Virus record (IMG/VR): IMGVR_UViG_3300042453_001906
Source of the DNA: an uncultured virus (IMG/VR IMGVR_UViG_3300042453_001906)
Taxonomy: Duplodnaviria > Heunggongvirae > Uroviricota > Caudoviricetes
Length of the DNA: 64,000 nucleotides
Reading direction: 5' to 3' (one strand)
This document shows, in pieces, positions 39,445 through 48,779 of the stretch. The notes beneath the pieces were generated by a model. The model saw only the letters and a program-made list of their open reading frames with translations. It searched no databases and was not told the origin of the DNA. Position 1 is the first letter of the stretch, and each line of letters starts with the position of its first letter. Both the position numbers and the translations under genes were made by a program.

Positions 39445-40341
39445 TTACACTCCCATCGCTGCTTTGAGTTCCTTCATTGCTTGCTTCAGGAAAGCAGGAT
39501 TAAGCACTCTGATGGTTCTCTTTTTCTCGTTCTTGTCGTGTTCGTATGTGTAGTTGCTGACGGAGTACAAATTGATTTCGTCGCCGGAAACACCCATGTA
39601 TTTTCCGATGTATGTTTCCCAAAACTCCACTGTTGCGCCTGTGGCTCCACCAATACCAACAGGAGGGTATTTGTTTCCAAGAACTGCCGCATATTCTTCG
39701 TAATCCGCTGTTTGCTTGGAAATAGGATCGACAACAGGATATTCTTGTGCGCCACTGGCACCTTCGGCATCACCTGTTGGTCGTTCCAAACGGAAATAGT
39801 TAACTCCCTGATAGTACGGAAGAGTTTTTTGAATGTATATTCCGGCAGTAGAACCACTAGGCTTGTGGACTATCGCGGAACCAATGCCAAAGACCGGAGA
39901 CTCAACGACAAATTCACAGAAAGTATCCCGATGGAACTTTATTGGCTGACTGATACCATTTTGTTCCAGCGTGCATCCGCTTGCAAATTCGGTGTCATAT
40001 ACAAAGTTTCCCGATGAATCTGTGAAATACAGGGCAATTCCCGAATACCGTTTTTGGATATACTGCTCCAAAACCGATTGCGACATATACCAGCCGTAGT
40101 ACGGATCAACAATATCATTTGCCAAAAGAATTATCCAATGATAGTTGGCATTCCCGTAAAGTCGATTTGCTATGTGTTCCGGTCGTTCTCCGTCTTTTAT
40201 GTCGTACAGGGTGAAAGCGACTTCTTCATTGATTCGATTCGAAAACGCAACTCGGCGCAACAGGTTTCTTGCGATTGCGTATTGCCTGTTGTCTCCAAGA
40301 TAAAATGGATACGGAACTACCGGAAATTCTTTGAAAAACAT
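39445..40341 (-). CDS. gp53: Baseplate wedge protein
   Basis: YDIKDGERPEHIANRLYG..YHWIILLAN, VSNYTYE..NEKKRTIRVL. Confidence 0.92.
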   Translation of the reverse strand: MFFKEFPVVPYPFYLGDNRQYAIARNLLRRVAFSNRINEEVAFTLYDIKDGERPEHIANRLYGNANYHWIILLANDIVDPYYGWYMSQSVLEQYIQKRYSGIALYFTDSSGNFVYDTEFASGCTLEQNGISQPIKFHRDTFCEFVVESPVFGIGSAIVHKPSGSTAGIYIQKTLPYYQGVNYFRLERPTGDAEGASGAQEYPVVDPISKQTADYEEYAAVLGNKYPPVGIGGATGATVEFWETYIGKYMGVSGDEINLYSVSNYTYEHDKNEKKRTIRVLNPAFLKQAMKELKAAMGV

Positions 40342-41831
40342 CAGAAGCCTCCGTCCACATCTTCGCGTGTGAGTTGTGCGACTTCAGACATGGTGATTGT
40401 GAGTGTGTATGCCGTTGGTGAGTTGTCTTGCAGTGTTGAGAAAACACCGTTGGGTGTATAGTCCACTGCAATGTTTGTGATCACGCACCTAGAAATCTTC
40501 GGGATGTATTCGTTTTCCACGAATCCGTTTCCTGAACCATTGGACGAAGAAGACAAAAACTTCACAGTGAATTCAGCAGGAACTCGCAACATGATCTGTG
40601 GATCGGTTGAGAGTTGACCAGCCGACACATCACCGCTTGATCTTGCTGGATGAGAATGGTATCGAAATGTGTCGATGATGTCTTTGATGTTTCTAACCTC
40701 GGCTTCGTTTCGCGGATAGAAATCCCATGAAAATATGAATTGCCTAATTTCTTTCTGCTGAAACATTTTTTCGACTCGGGGGTTCAGCACCAATCCCGTA
40801 ACCGCAGGAATGACACCAGCAAATGCACTGTCTTTCGCCAGTGATGTTGCATATGCCACGGCTCCTTGTTTACTGAGTTCTCCTACTTTACCAACCAAGT
40901 CACCAAATCCCTCAGACGAACCAATACTAGCCAGTGCAGCAACCGCTCCTGCGGCTTTCTTCATGTCAAAATCTGTGTACGAAAATGCGTCTTCTCCATT
41001 TATGCGGGTGCAAACAGGAAGGTAAATAGATACCATCTGATCGTATTGAGGATCGCGCTGCTTGAGTCCTATGCTGCTGAGTGCGTCCTGCAAACCTTGA
41101 GGTGTAGCCTGATTCACCAATCGGTTGAATCGGTTGCTGAGAACTGTTTTGTCCTGAGTTATGTCTGTTGCTCCAAAGTTGGTTTCTCCCCACATATTTG
41201 TTCCAAATTCGGAGCCTATGCTGTTTACCCGATCATTTGCGTTTCGGAGGTTACGCTCCATGACACGCCGACCCTCTTCTCGGGTTTCGGGGTTGTTCAG
41301 AAGTTCCTCTAGATTCTTGTTGTTCGACGGGTCTTGAGGATCAACAAAACTAGGATTCAAAATCATGTTCAACCCGTTTGCGAGTTGTGATTTTGGAACT
41401 AGCCCACCGTAGGACATCATGTCCACCATGTTGAAATTTCCGTCTTCGATCAGTGTCTGTGCGTCCTCTAGTTCTTTCAGTGTGCTTTCGGACTCTGCCT
41501 TGAGTTTTTGAGCCTGCTGTGCGAACTCGGGATTCTCCCATCTCCAATAAATCTTGAATTGCATTACATGGGGAATTTCGCTTCTCGGGCCTCCTATGTC
41601 CGTGGGATACCTCATAATCGGAGGCTTTTCCTTAGACCCCTTCAGGGCAGGAGAATACGACTCTAGACTGTTGGTAGTTGGGTCGTCTAGACCCTTCTGA
41701 GCCAATAGTTCCCGTGCAACTATGGAGCCTGTTTGGGGGGAATTGGTGGCCCAACAATAGTTCGCGTCTGTTTGCTTGGTGTCCGCAATCAGACTGAGTG
41801 GAGAGCCTTTTACGATGGGGGGTAATGCCAT
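40341..41831 (-). CDS. gp48: Baseplate tail tube cap
   Basis: IYLP, NPRVEKMF, RQFIFSWDFYPRN..E, CVITNIAVDYTP. Confidence 0.88.
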   Translation of the reverse strand: MALPPIVKGSPLSLIADTKQTDANYCWATNSPQTGSIVARELLAQKGLDDPTTNSLESYSPALKGSKEKPPIMRYPTDIGGPRSEIPHVMQFKIYWRWENPEFAQQAQKLKAESESTLKELEDAQTLIEDGNFNMVDMMSYGGLVPKSQLANGLNMILNPSFVDPQDPSNNKNLEELLNNPETREEGRRVMERNLRNANDRVNSIGSEFGTNMWGETNFGATDITQDKTVLSNRFNRLVNQATPQGLQDALSSIGLKQRDPQYDQMVSIYLPVCTRINGEDAFSYTDFDMKKAAGAVAALASIGSSEGFGDLVGKVGELSKQGAVAYATSLAKDSAFAGVIPAVTGLVLNPRVEKMFQQKEIRQFIFSWDFYPRNEAEVRNIKDIIDTFRYHSHPARSSGDVSAGQLSTDPQIMLRVPAEFTVKFLSSSSNGSGNGFVENEYIPKISRCVITNIAVDYTPNGVFSTLQDNSPTAYTLTITMSEVAQLTREDVDGGF

Positions 41832-41869
41832 TTAGGTATTTCCTCGTGGGACTGTTCTACATATCTATA

Positions 41870-42313
41870 ATGCCCTACAAAGGATATTTTTCTCCCACCA
41901 ATCCGTCCAAGTACATGGGTAATCCCACGCAAATAGTGTACCGCTCCATGTGGGAACGAAGGTTTATGAAATTCTGCGATACAAATCAGAGTGTTTTGCG
42001 GTGGGGATCGGAAGAAGTGGTAATACCGTATATTAGCCCACTTGACAGGAAACCGCACAGATATTTCGTGGACTTTATTGTTGAGATGAAAACCCCCGAA
42101 GGCGGGATAAAAACGATGCTGATAGAGGTCAAGCCGAAAAAACAATGCTGTCAACCCAAAAAACCAAAACGGCAGTCTAGAAACTACATTTGCGAGATGC
42201 AAACATGGATCACCAATTCTGCCAAGTGGAAAGCGGCAAAGGAAGCAGCACAGTCTAGGGGATGGGAATTTCGAGTGCTGACAGAAGACGATCTGTTCAA
42301 AAACAAAAAATGA
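41870..42313 (+). CDS. gp4: Head completion nuclease-like protein
   Basis: YKGYFSPTNPSKYMGNP, YRSMWE, WGSEE, HRYFVDF, IEVKP, AKWKAA; start MPYKG. Confidence 0.95.
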   Translation: MPYKGYFSPTNPSKYMGNPTQIVYRSMWERRFMKFCDTNQSVLRWGSEEVVIPYISPLDRKPHRYFVDFIVEMKTPEGGIKTMLIEVKPKKQCCQPKKPKRQSRNYICEMQTWITNSAKWKAAKEAAQSRGWEFRVLTEDDLFKNKK

Positions 42314-42915
42314 CAGTACCAAATCCCGAACAAAAAGCAAAAGAACTAAAGGAGTTGCTAGAGGAAACAGCAACTGCCTTGGGTGGTACTAACCAATCGT
42401 ACATACAACTACTGAAATACCTGAGTCAGCAAAATTCTCTGAAGGTTCCGGGTGTGTTCTTGCCCGGTCAAATGGTGTTTTTCAAATATAAGCCGCAGAC
42501 AGACAGGTTCATTGCATCAGACAAGCCGTATGACATCTTTCCACTGGTCATCATAACCGATGTGCATCGTGATGGGTTCGAAGGGATAAACATCCATTTT
42601 CTGTCCTCAAAATGGAGAAAGGAACTGTTTCAGGCAGTGGAGAGGTTTCTTCCCAAGAGAATCAGTGGTGATCCGTCCCTTACCCGTCTAGGAACAACAT
42701 ATGCAAGACTAGGTGGATCACGAAAATTCAAATTCTTTAGACCTTGCTATCGCAGATATGTACGAAGTGGATTCAGAAAAAGACCAATCCTAATACCAGC
42801 AGAGTTTTGGGAGGTTATGGTTGATGTTGATCTTGCCCTGTTTGCAAAGGGGCCAAAGCAAACCATTCGTAGAATGACATACAATTCCGCAATCAGATCA
42901 GAGAACAACCCATGA
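42310..42915 (+). CDS. gp2: DNA end protector protein
   Basis: PGQMVFFKYKP, YDIFPLV, GINIHFL, PCYRRY; ATGA overlap with gp4. Confidence 0.85.
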   Translation: MTVPNPEQKAKELKELLEETATALGGTNQSYIQLLKYLSQQNSLKVPGVFLPGQMVFFKYKPQTDRFIASDKPYDIFPLVIITDVHRDGFEGINIHFLSSKWRKELFQAVERFLPKRISGDPSLTRLGTTYARLGGSRKFKFFRPCYRRYVRSGFRKRPILIPAEFWEVMVDVDLALFAKGPKQTIRRMTYNSAIRSENNP

Positions 42916-43631
42916 GCGACTTTCAAGGCACATCAAAAGTGGAAAACATTGTGTCCAATATATTGGACAACGGTTTTCTGACAAGTAATCGGTATGTTGC
43001 TGAATTTCAGTTACCGAAAGTGATGGCATCAGAAGCACCAAACATGCCAAACATAATGATCCGCTGCATGAGTGTGACCATACCGGGAAGAAACATCTCA
43101 ACCACCGGATACAGAATCTACGGCCCTGCTCGACAAATGCCCTATGAAATTCTGTACGGTGGTGAAATCACCCTGAACTATATTCTGTCTAGAGACATGA
43201 CTGAACGAGGGTTTTTTGAGAAGTGGATGAATTCGGTGGTCAGAAACAACAACTACAAACTTGGTTACTACGATGATTATGTGGGAAACCTTGCCATTCA
43301 TGTGCTTGATCGAAGCGATCAAACAGCATATGTCTCTCTGGTTGAAGAGGTATATCCCAAATCCGTGGGCGATCTAACTCTTGCAAACGACCGAGAGAAC
43401 GAGTTTTTGACACAGGAAGTCACACTCACTTTTAGAAAGTACACATCAGAATACTATGTTCGACAGTTTCCAGAAAATCCGGGCGGAGATCCTTCACAGC
43501 AACCAAGCAACAATATTCCAAAGAACAATGGAAACGGTCTTGGCATTGCCTCGTTCTTCGGTGGTGTACGCCAAGGAGCAAACAATCTCTTTACTGGCAT
43601 AGGAAACATTTTCCGAGGAACACCTACATAA
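42912..43631 (+). CDS. gp54: Baseplate tail tube initiator (gp54-like)
   Basis: gp19-family pattern CMSVTIPGRNI, FFEKWM, YYDDYVG, EVYP, VTLTFRKY. Confidence 0.75.
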   Translation: MSDFQGTSKVENIVSNILDNGFLTSNRYVAEFQLPKVMASEAPNMPNIMIRCMSVTIPGRNISTTGYRIYGPARQMPYEILYGGEITLNYILSRDMTERGFFEKWMNSVVRNNNYKLGYYDDYVGNLAIHVLDRSDQTAYVSLVEEVYPKSVGDLTLANDRENEFLTQEVTLTFRKYTSEYYVRQFPENPGGDPSQQPSNNIPKNNGNGLGIASFFGGVRQGANNLFTGIGNIFRGTPT

Positions 43632-43663
43632 ATTGGCATTCGTAATATCACAAAGGGTTAACC

Positions 43664-44371
43664 ATGCAAAAACTAAAACTTGCTCCGTCTACAGTACCGT
43701 ACTACACCATGACACTGCCCGTAAGCAAAACCGTGGTGAAATATCGCCCGTTTTTGGTGAAGGAAGAAAAAATTCTTTTGATCGCTCTTCAAAGCGGCAA
43801 CCCAAATCATGTCATTGATGCCGTTAGGAACATGGTGTTGTCCTGCACGGACGGGAAATTGGATACCCGAAAGATTCCGGCAGCAGACTCCAACTATGCC
43901 ATGTTGCAGATACGGGCAAAGTCTATTGGCGAAGAAATCAAACCAACTATTAAATGCTCTGGTTGCGAAGGTAAAACACCTGTTCGAATCAGCATAGACA
44001 AAATTCAAACACAAGTAATTCGGGAAGATAAAAACCCAAACATCAAAATCAACGATGATATTACTCTGGTTATGAGATATCCGACCATACACGATCTAGA
44101 CCCAACCAAAGACCAAGCGTCAATGATTTTTAATATGGCATATTCCTGTGTGGACAAAATCATAAGCAAGGACGAAGTTTATGACCGTGGAGCCATCACT
44201 GAAGACGATGTTATTCTATTCATAGAAAACCTCATGCCGGAGCAATTTAAGCAGATCACCGAATATCTTGAAACGGCACCAGCGGTTAAATACGAATTCG
44301 GATTCACATGTCCAAACTGCAAGCACAAGATGAATGTGTCGATGGAGAATCTTACCGATTTTTTTCTTTGA
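43664..44371 (+). CDS. gp26: Baseplate hub / tail assembly chaperone (gp26-like)
   Basis: VKYRPFLVKEEKILLIA, IRAKSIGE, two CxxC motifs, MRYP, ends DFFL. Confidence 0.88.
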   Translation: MQKLKLAPSTVPYYTMTLPVSKTVVKYRPFLVKEEKILLIALQSGNPNHVIDAVRNMVLSCTDGKLDTRKIPAADSNYAMLQIRAKSIGEEIKPTIKCSGCEGKTPVRISIDKIQTQVIREDKNPNIKINDDITLVMRYPTIHDLDPTKDQASMIFNMAYSCVDKIISKDEVYDRGAITEDDVILFIENLMPEQFKQITEYLETAPAVKYEFGFTCPNCKHKMNVSMENLTDFFL

Positions 44372-44553
44372 TGCTGACACACTCTGATCTGTCAGCGTTC
44401 TACAAGACCAATTTTTCACTTTTACAGCACCATAAGTACTCTCTGTCGGAAATAGAGTCGCTGATCCCTTGGGAACGAGAGGTCTACATAAATCTGTTGA
44501 TATCTCATTTGAAAGAAGAACGAGAGAAAGCAAAAAATAGGCGAAGGGCGTAA
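44371..44553 (+). CDS. gp51: Baseplate hub assembly catalyst (gp51-like), possibly also made as a -1 frameshift extension of gp26
   Basis: YKTNFSLLQHHKYSLSEIESLIPWEREVYINLL signature; TGATG overlap with gp26. Confidence 0.85.
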   Translation: MLTHSDLSAFYKTNFSLLQHHKYSLSEIESLIPWEREVYINLLISHLKEEREKAKNRRRA

Positions 44554-46953
44554 ATGGCTAAACGGAGCAAAAAGGGGAAGGGAAGAGGACGAAGGGGTGC
44601 GCCTATTGACCCCGCGACTGGTCGTTTTTTGAAAATTAAAACAACCGCTCCCGCCGCAGCAGCACCCGCTACAGTCGCTGCTCCCGCTGTTGCGGTTGCC
44701 GTGCCTTCAGGCCCAACAGCAACACCCGAAGAGGTGACACAAGAACTATCGGGTTTTAGAAAAGCATTGATGCAGACCATGAAAGATTTGGGTGGAGAAC
44801 AAACCCAAATTCAAGATGCCCTACTGGATGGCTTGAGAAAAACTGCCGAAGAAATTGTTCAGCAGAACAAGGATATATTTGGCGAAAAAATGGAAAAAAC
44901 GGTGGATCAGTCTGCTGCATATGAGATATTCGAAAAAGTTGTTGATCTCAGCGAACAAGCCGCAAAAGCACGAACCGTAGAAGAGAAAAGAAAAATACTA
45001 CAGCGTCTGCGAACCTTTAAGCGAGTAACACAAAATGTGTTCAAAGGCGGCGGCAAGCACGGAGAGATTGCGAAAAAACTCCTTGACATCATTGACAAGA
45101 TTGAAGAGCCTCTGTCCAAGGAAACTGGAATACGAGCAGCAGCCAAAGAAAAAATAAGCGATTACATGAAAATGCTGCCCGAAAAGATGGCAGCAAAAAT
45201 TCCTCTTGTTGGTGGAATGATAAGCCGTTCCCTTCAGAGAAGACGAGAGCAGAAAGAGGAAGAAGCACAAGCCCTATCAACACTCACGGAAGAAATCTCT
45301 AGAGCGGGAAGAACTTCATTGTACGGAAGGCGTGGAGGCAGCGAGATTGGGCCGACGCTCACAACACCCGACATGGGGATGGGGATGGGGACAGCGGAGC
45401 CACCCATACCCGGTGGAACCACGGTTGCAGAAATCACGAACACGAAGGGAGCAAAAGGCGGATTCGACAAGTCTGCCGTGGTAACCCTTAAAGCGATACT
45501 GCTGAATGTTCAAGACATCAAAAAACTGTTGTTTGATCAGTATGATCCAGAAGATCAAGAACTAAAAGCAGAAGAAGCCAGCCGCGAAGAAGAAAACAAG
45601 CGGATCAATGCTCTTCAAAAAATGAAGGGTTTGTTTGGTGGAAAAGGCGGTGGGGCGGGAGGGGCTACTACGGGCGAAAGCGGTGGATTTATTTCCTCAA
45701 TTTTGGACTTTTTTGGACTGGGAAACCTTTCCAGTATTCTTGGCTCTGCTGCGTCAACCATCGGTAGTTTGGTTTCTAGCCTTGGACCAATGCTATCTGG
45801 TATTGCAACCACGCTTGGAGGTCTTGCAACCACGGTTGCTGGAGCGGTGGGATCGGTTGTTACCACTATTGGTGGTGCGGCAGCGGCTGCTGCGCCTTGG
45901 GTTGCCGCAGCAGCGGCAGGGGCTGCACTTGGTCTTGGTGCAGCATGGGTGGTAAACAAGGGTATTGACGCAGTATTTGGCACAGACCTGTCAGATCGGA
46001 TGTTTGATTCCGATACATGGACTTTCGATGACGCACGGCGTGATGCTGAAAGAGAAGAACTTGGTGCTAAAATAACTGCTGAACACGAGCGGCAAACCAG
46101 TACTCCAGAGTACATTCAAAGAATGTCCGAAGACCCCAGAATGTTGCCAAAACTCGTAAGCGACAAAAAGTTGACAGGCGCACAAGCACTTGAATCTCTG
46201 ACAAAGTATGAAATGCAACATGGTCCCGGAGAAGACACAAAGGCAATTCGTGAAAGAATCTTGCAACTAGACCCATCTGCAAGAAATGAGGTAATGCCAG
46301 TAGAGGGCATGAACAATGGAACCGTTGAAGGCATGGACAATGGAACCGTTGAAGGCATGGACAATGGAACCGTTGAAGGCATGGACAATGGAACCGTTGA
46401 AGGCATGGACAATGGAACCGTTGAAGGCATGGACAATGGAACCGTTGAAGGCATGAACAATAGAACCGTTGAAGGCATGAACAATGGAACCGTTGAAGGC
46501 ATGAACAATGGAACCGTTGAAGGCACAAGGCGTGAAAGAATCTGGCGTGAAAGTATCTTGCAACTAGACCCATCTGCAAGAAATGAGGTAATGCCAGTAG
46601 AGGGCATGGACAATAGAACAGTTGAGGGCACAAGGCGTGAAAGAATCTTGCAACTAGACCCATCTGCAAGAAATGAGGTAATGCCAGTAGAGGGCATGGA
46701 CAATGGAACAGTTAAAGGCACAATTGTTCCTCCGGGTGAAAAAAACATCACCCAACAAACTCTAAACACGCTTGAACAAAGCCAAGACGCTCTTGCTGCT
46801 GAAACAATGGGCCCACCAGCACCCATAGGCATGAACACGGTCGTTGCTCCTACCACAAACAACAGCAACACCACCATCAACAACAACAGCGGAAACAGCG
46901 GTGTTCGCAACAACGACCCCACCCTGAAAGCAGCAGAACGAGCGTCCATGTAA
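44554..46953 (+). CDS. Tape measure protein (gp29-like)
   Basis: Follows gp26/gp51; long helical region, Gly/Ala-rich hydrophobic segment, Asn/Thr-rich C-terminus. Confidence 0.7.
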   Translation: MAKRSKKGKGRGRRGAPIDPATGRFLKIKTTAPAAAAPATVAAPAVAVAVPSGPTATPEEVTQELSGFRKALMQTMKDLGGEQTQIQDALLDGLRKTAEEIVQQNKDIFGEKMEKTVDQSAAYEIFEKVVDLSEQAAKARTVEEKRKILQRLRTFKRVTQNVFKGGGKHGEIAKKLLDIIDKIEEPLSKETGIRAAAKEKISDYMKMLPEKMAAKIPLVGGMISRSLQRRREQKEEEAQALSTLTEEISRAGRTSLYGRRGGSEIGPTLTTPDMGMGMGTAEPPIPGGTTVAEITNTKGAKGGFDKSAVVTLKAILLNVQDIKKLLFDQYDPEDQELKAEEASREEENKRINALQKMKGLFGGKGGGAGGATTGESGGFISSILDFFGLGNLSSILGSAASTIGSLVSSLGPMLSGIATTLGGLATTVAGAVGSVVTTIGGAAAAAAPWVAAAAAGAALGLGAAWVVNKGIDAVFGTDLSDRMFDSDTWTFDDARRDAEREELGAKITAEHERQTSTPEYIQRMSEDPRMLPKLVSDKKLTGAQALESLTKYEMQHGPGEDTKAIRERILQLDPSARNEVMPVEGMNNGTVEGMDNGTVEGMDNGTVEGMDNGTVEGMDNGTVEGMDNGTVEGMNNRTVEGMNNGTVEGMNNGTVEGTRRERIWRESILQLDPSARNEVMPVEGMDNRTVEGTRRERILQLDPSARNEVMPVEGMDNGTVKGTIVPPGEKNITQQTLNTLEQSQDALAAETMGPPAPIGMNTVVAPTTNNSNTTINNNSGNSGVRNNDPTLKAAERASM
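46249..46722. repeat. Nested in-frame repeats: 24-bp unit x9 (46303-46518) plus a ~70-bp unit x3
   Basis: GAAGGCATG(G/A)ACAAT(G/A)GAACCGTT = EGM(D/N)N(G/R)TV; longer unit RE(R/S)ILQLDPSARNEVMPVEGM starts at 46249, 46546, 46636. Confidence 0.95.
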
Positions 46954-46985
46954 AAGAAAAAGGCACACTTTCGTGTGCCTCTTTC
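46952..46985. terminator. Probable bidirectional terminator between convergent tape measure and gp32
   Basis: Stem AGGCACAC/GTGTGCCT with A-tract on the left and CTTT on the right. Confidence 0.8.
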
Positions 46986-47004
46986 GGTGCTGCTTTGGGT
47001 TGGC

Positions 47005-47958
47005 TCAGTCTTCGCTTGCCAACTTCTCAAAGTACGACAGAGCGTCCTCATTGTCGTCATCGGACTGTACTGCCTGCTTCTGCTCCCGCTTTGGGGCAGG
47101 AGTGTCAGCCACCGCTGACTTCCGAACAGGTCGGGCAGGGGTTTCGTCCTCATCATCAAAAGAAGCGGCTTCTGCGCCACCCTTTGCAGCGGACTCGTTT
47201 ACGGAAGCACGAATATCTCCACCGAGAACTTCATGCAACCGCGCCTTCAATTCATCGTATGACTTGAAGTTCTTGGGATCGGTGAACTCCTTGAGCGCAT
47301 ACTGCTTCTTCCACAGTTCCTCAAGAGCCTTGTCATCACCACCCAAGAGGGCAGACGGTTCCGCGAACTCGCTGCGGTCATAGTTCACATACCCATCCAC
47401 CTGACGAATCTTCAACTTGAATTCAGCACCACCCCAAAAATCAAACGGATTCATGGGCTTCTCGTCCTGATACTCAGGGTTCATGGCACTCTGAATCTTC
47501 TCGAAAATCTTCTTGCCGTAACGGAACAGGAAAACCTTGCCTTCGTTCTCTGGGTTCTTCGGATCACTCACGACAAGAATATTGCTGACATACGAGAGGC
47601 GACGCTTGCGGTCACGCGCCAACTTCTTGTCGTCATCGCTGCCGCTGTTCCACAACTGCGAATTCAGTTCGGAAACTGGATCCTTCAGACCAATGGTGGT
47701 AAGCGAGTTTTCGATGTACCATCCACCCGGACCGCGGAAACCGTGATTCCACACCCGTGCCCACGGCAGGTCTTCACCTTCAACCGCAGGAAGAAAACGG
47801 ATGACTGCGTAGCCGTTTGAGGTCTTGTCTAGGGTAGGCTTCCAAAAACGGTCGTCCTTGTAAGACTCTGAACGCTTGTTCAGTTTCTCCATTTCAGCCG
47901 CGAGGGACTGATACGAGGTGGGCGACTTGGAACGATTCTTCATGTCCTTGAAACTCAT
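47005..47958 (-). CDS. gp32: Single-stranded DNA-binding protein
   Basis: DDRFWKP, GYAVIRFLPA, WYIENSLTTIG, GKKIFEKI, NYDRSEF, acidic tail SYFEKLA. Confidence 0.98.
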   Translation of the reverse strand: MSFKDMKNRSKSPTSYQSLAAEMEKLNKRSESYKDDRFWKPTLDKTSNGYAVIRFLPAVEGEDLPWARVWNHGFRGPGGWYIENSLTTIGLKDPVSELNSQLWNSGSDDDKKLARDRKRRLSYVSNILVVSDPKNPENEGKVFLFRYGKKIFEKIQSAMNPEYQDEKPMNPFDFWGGAEFKLKIRQVDGYVNYDRSEFAEPSALLGGDDKALEELWKKQYALKEFTDPKNFKSYDELKARLHEVLGGDIRASVNESAAKGGAEAASFDDEDETPARPVRKSAVADTPAPKREQKQAVQSDDDNEDALSYFEKLASED

Positions 47959-48033
47959 GCGTGTCTCCTTGTACTTGATGTACCGTGTGTGTTGATGTGT
48001 GTGACGAAAAGATCAGACATCACTATGTAGGCT

Positions 48034-48061
48034 AGTATAGCCAACACATAGCAAATGTCAA
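48034..48061 (-). promoter_or_regulatory. Sigma70-type promoter for gp32
   Basis: TTGACA-N16-TATACT. Confidence 0.7.
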
Positions 48062-48064
48062 GAT

Positions 48065-48301
48065 TCAAATTGGTAGTTTTGTCTTCTTGGGAAGCAGATT
48101 CAGGTCTTGCCCCTCGGCGCGAATCTTCTCAATAATTGGCTTGTTTAAGAATTTCGCTGCCACTTGTGGCTCTATGCCGTAGCGTTCGCAAACAGCGATC
48201 ACCGAATCAATATACGAAACACTGTACTTTTTTGCGTGGGCTTCCACTTCTTTTGGAAACCGTATGTTGTTTACTTCCATCGGTAGCCTTTCTTCGCTCA
48301 T
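48065..48301 (-). CDS. gp33: Late promoter transcription co-activator
   Basis: SYIDSVIAVCE..IEP..AKFLNKPIIEKIRAEG..LNLL..KLPI. Confidence 0.88.
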   Translation of the reverse strand: MSEERLPMEVNNIRFPKEVEAHAKKYSVSYIDSVIAVCERYGIEPQVAAKFLNKPIIEKIRAEGQDLNLLPKKTKLPI

Positions 48302-48376
48302 GTGATGTATTTATGATCGTTCACGGATTGATTGCCTGATGGTACACGCTTGCGCCGCGAAATCAAGACTCAAAAA

Positions 48377-48577
48377 TCAAGAATACTGAACCTGTCTCCG
48401 GTACTGCTTTTGCTGTCTGTCTTCTCGCTTGGCAGCGGCATACAGACCCTGCGTGAATCCGCAGTGCTTGCCGTCATCGTAGCCCCTAGTGTAGCCAATG
48501 TTGTACAGTTTCAGCAGACCCGCGACAAACGCAGCCCCTGCTCCGATAGCGTAAGAAATGAGTTCTAGTGTTTCCAT
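48377..48577 (-). CDS. Small membrane protein
   Basis: N-terminal TM helix followed by GY..GY..G..GF..G repeats. Confidence 0.6.
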   Translation of the reverse strand: METLELISYAIGAGAAFVAGLLKLYNIGYTRGYDDGKHCGFTQGLYAAAKREDRQQKQYRRQVQYS

Positions 48578-48620
48578 GCCCTATGTTCATCTATGCGTTT
48601 CTTGAACTGTTCCTTAACAA

Positions 48621-48692
48621 AGCCGCCTATCGGATTTGAACCGATGACCTGTTGATTACAAATCAACTGCACTACCGCTGTGCTAAGACGGC
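48621..48692 (-). tRNA. trnT: tRNA-Thr(UGU)
   Basis: Cloverleaf; anticodon arm GTTGA-TT-TGT-AA-TCAAC; GGTTCAAATCC. Confidence 0.95.
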
Positions 48693-48695
48693 GAA

Positions 48696-48777
48696 TGGGA
48701 GCGGAGGGATTCGAACCCCCGTAGCCAATGGCAGCAAATTTACAGTCTGCCCTCGTTGTCCACTTGAGTACACTCCC
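48696..48777 (-). tRNA. trnY: tRNA-Tyr(GUA)
   Basis: GCAGA-CT-GTA-AA-TTTGC, long variable arm, GGTTCGAATCC. Confidence 0.93.
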
Positions 48778-48779
48778 CA

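Noticed and set aside
46303..46518. 24-bp direct repeats as a possible CRISPR array
   Set aside because: Units are contiguous with no spacers, lie in frame within a CDS, and no cas genes are present
46067..47180. Long minus-strand ORFs of 200 and 354 aa
   Set aside because: They are open because the repeat lacks stops; antisense to the tape measure gene
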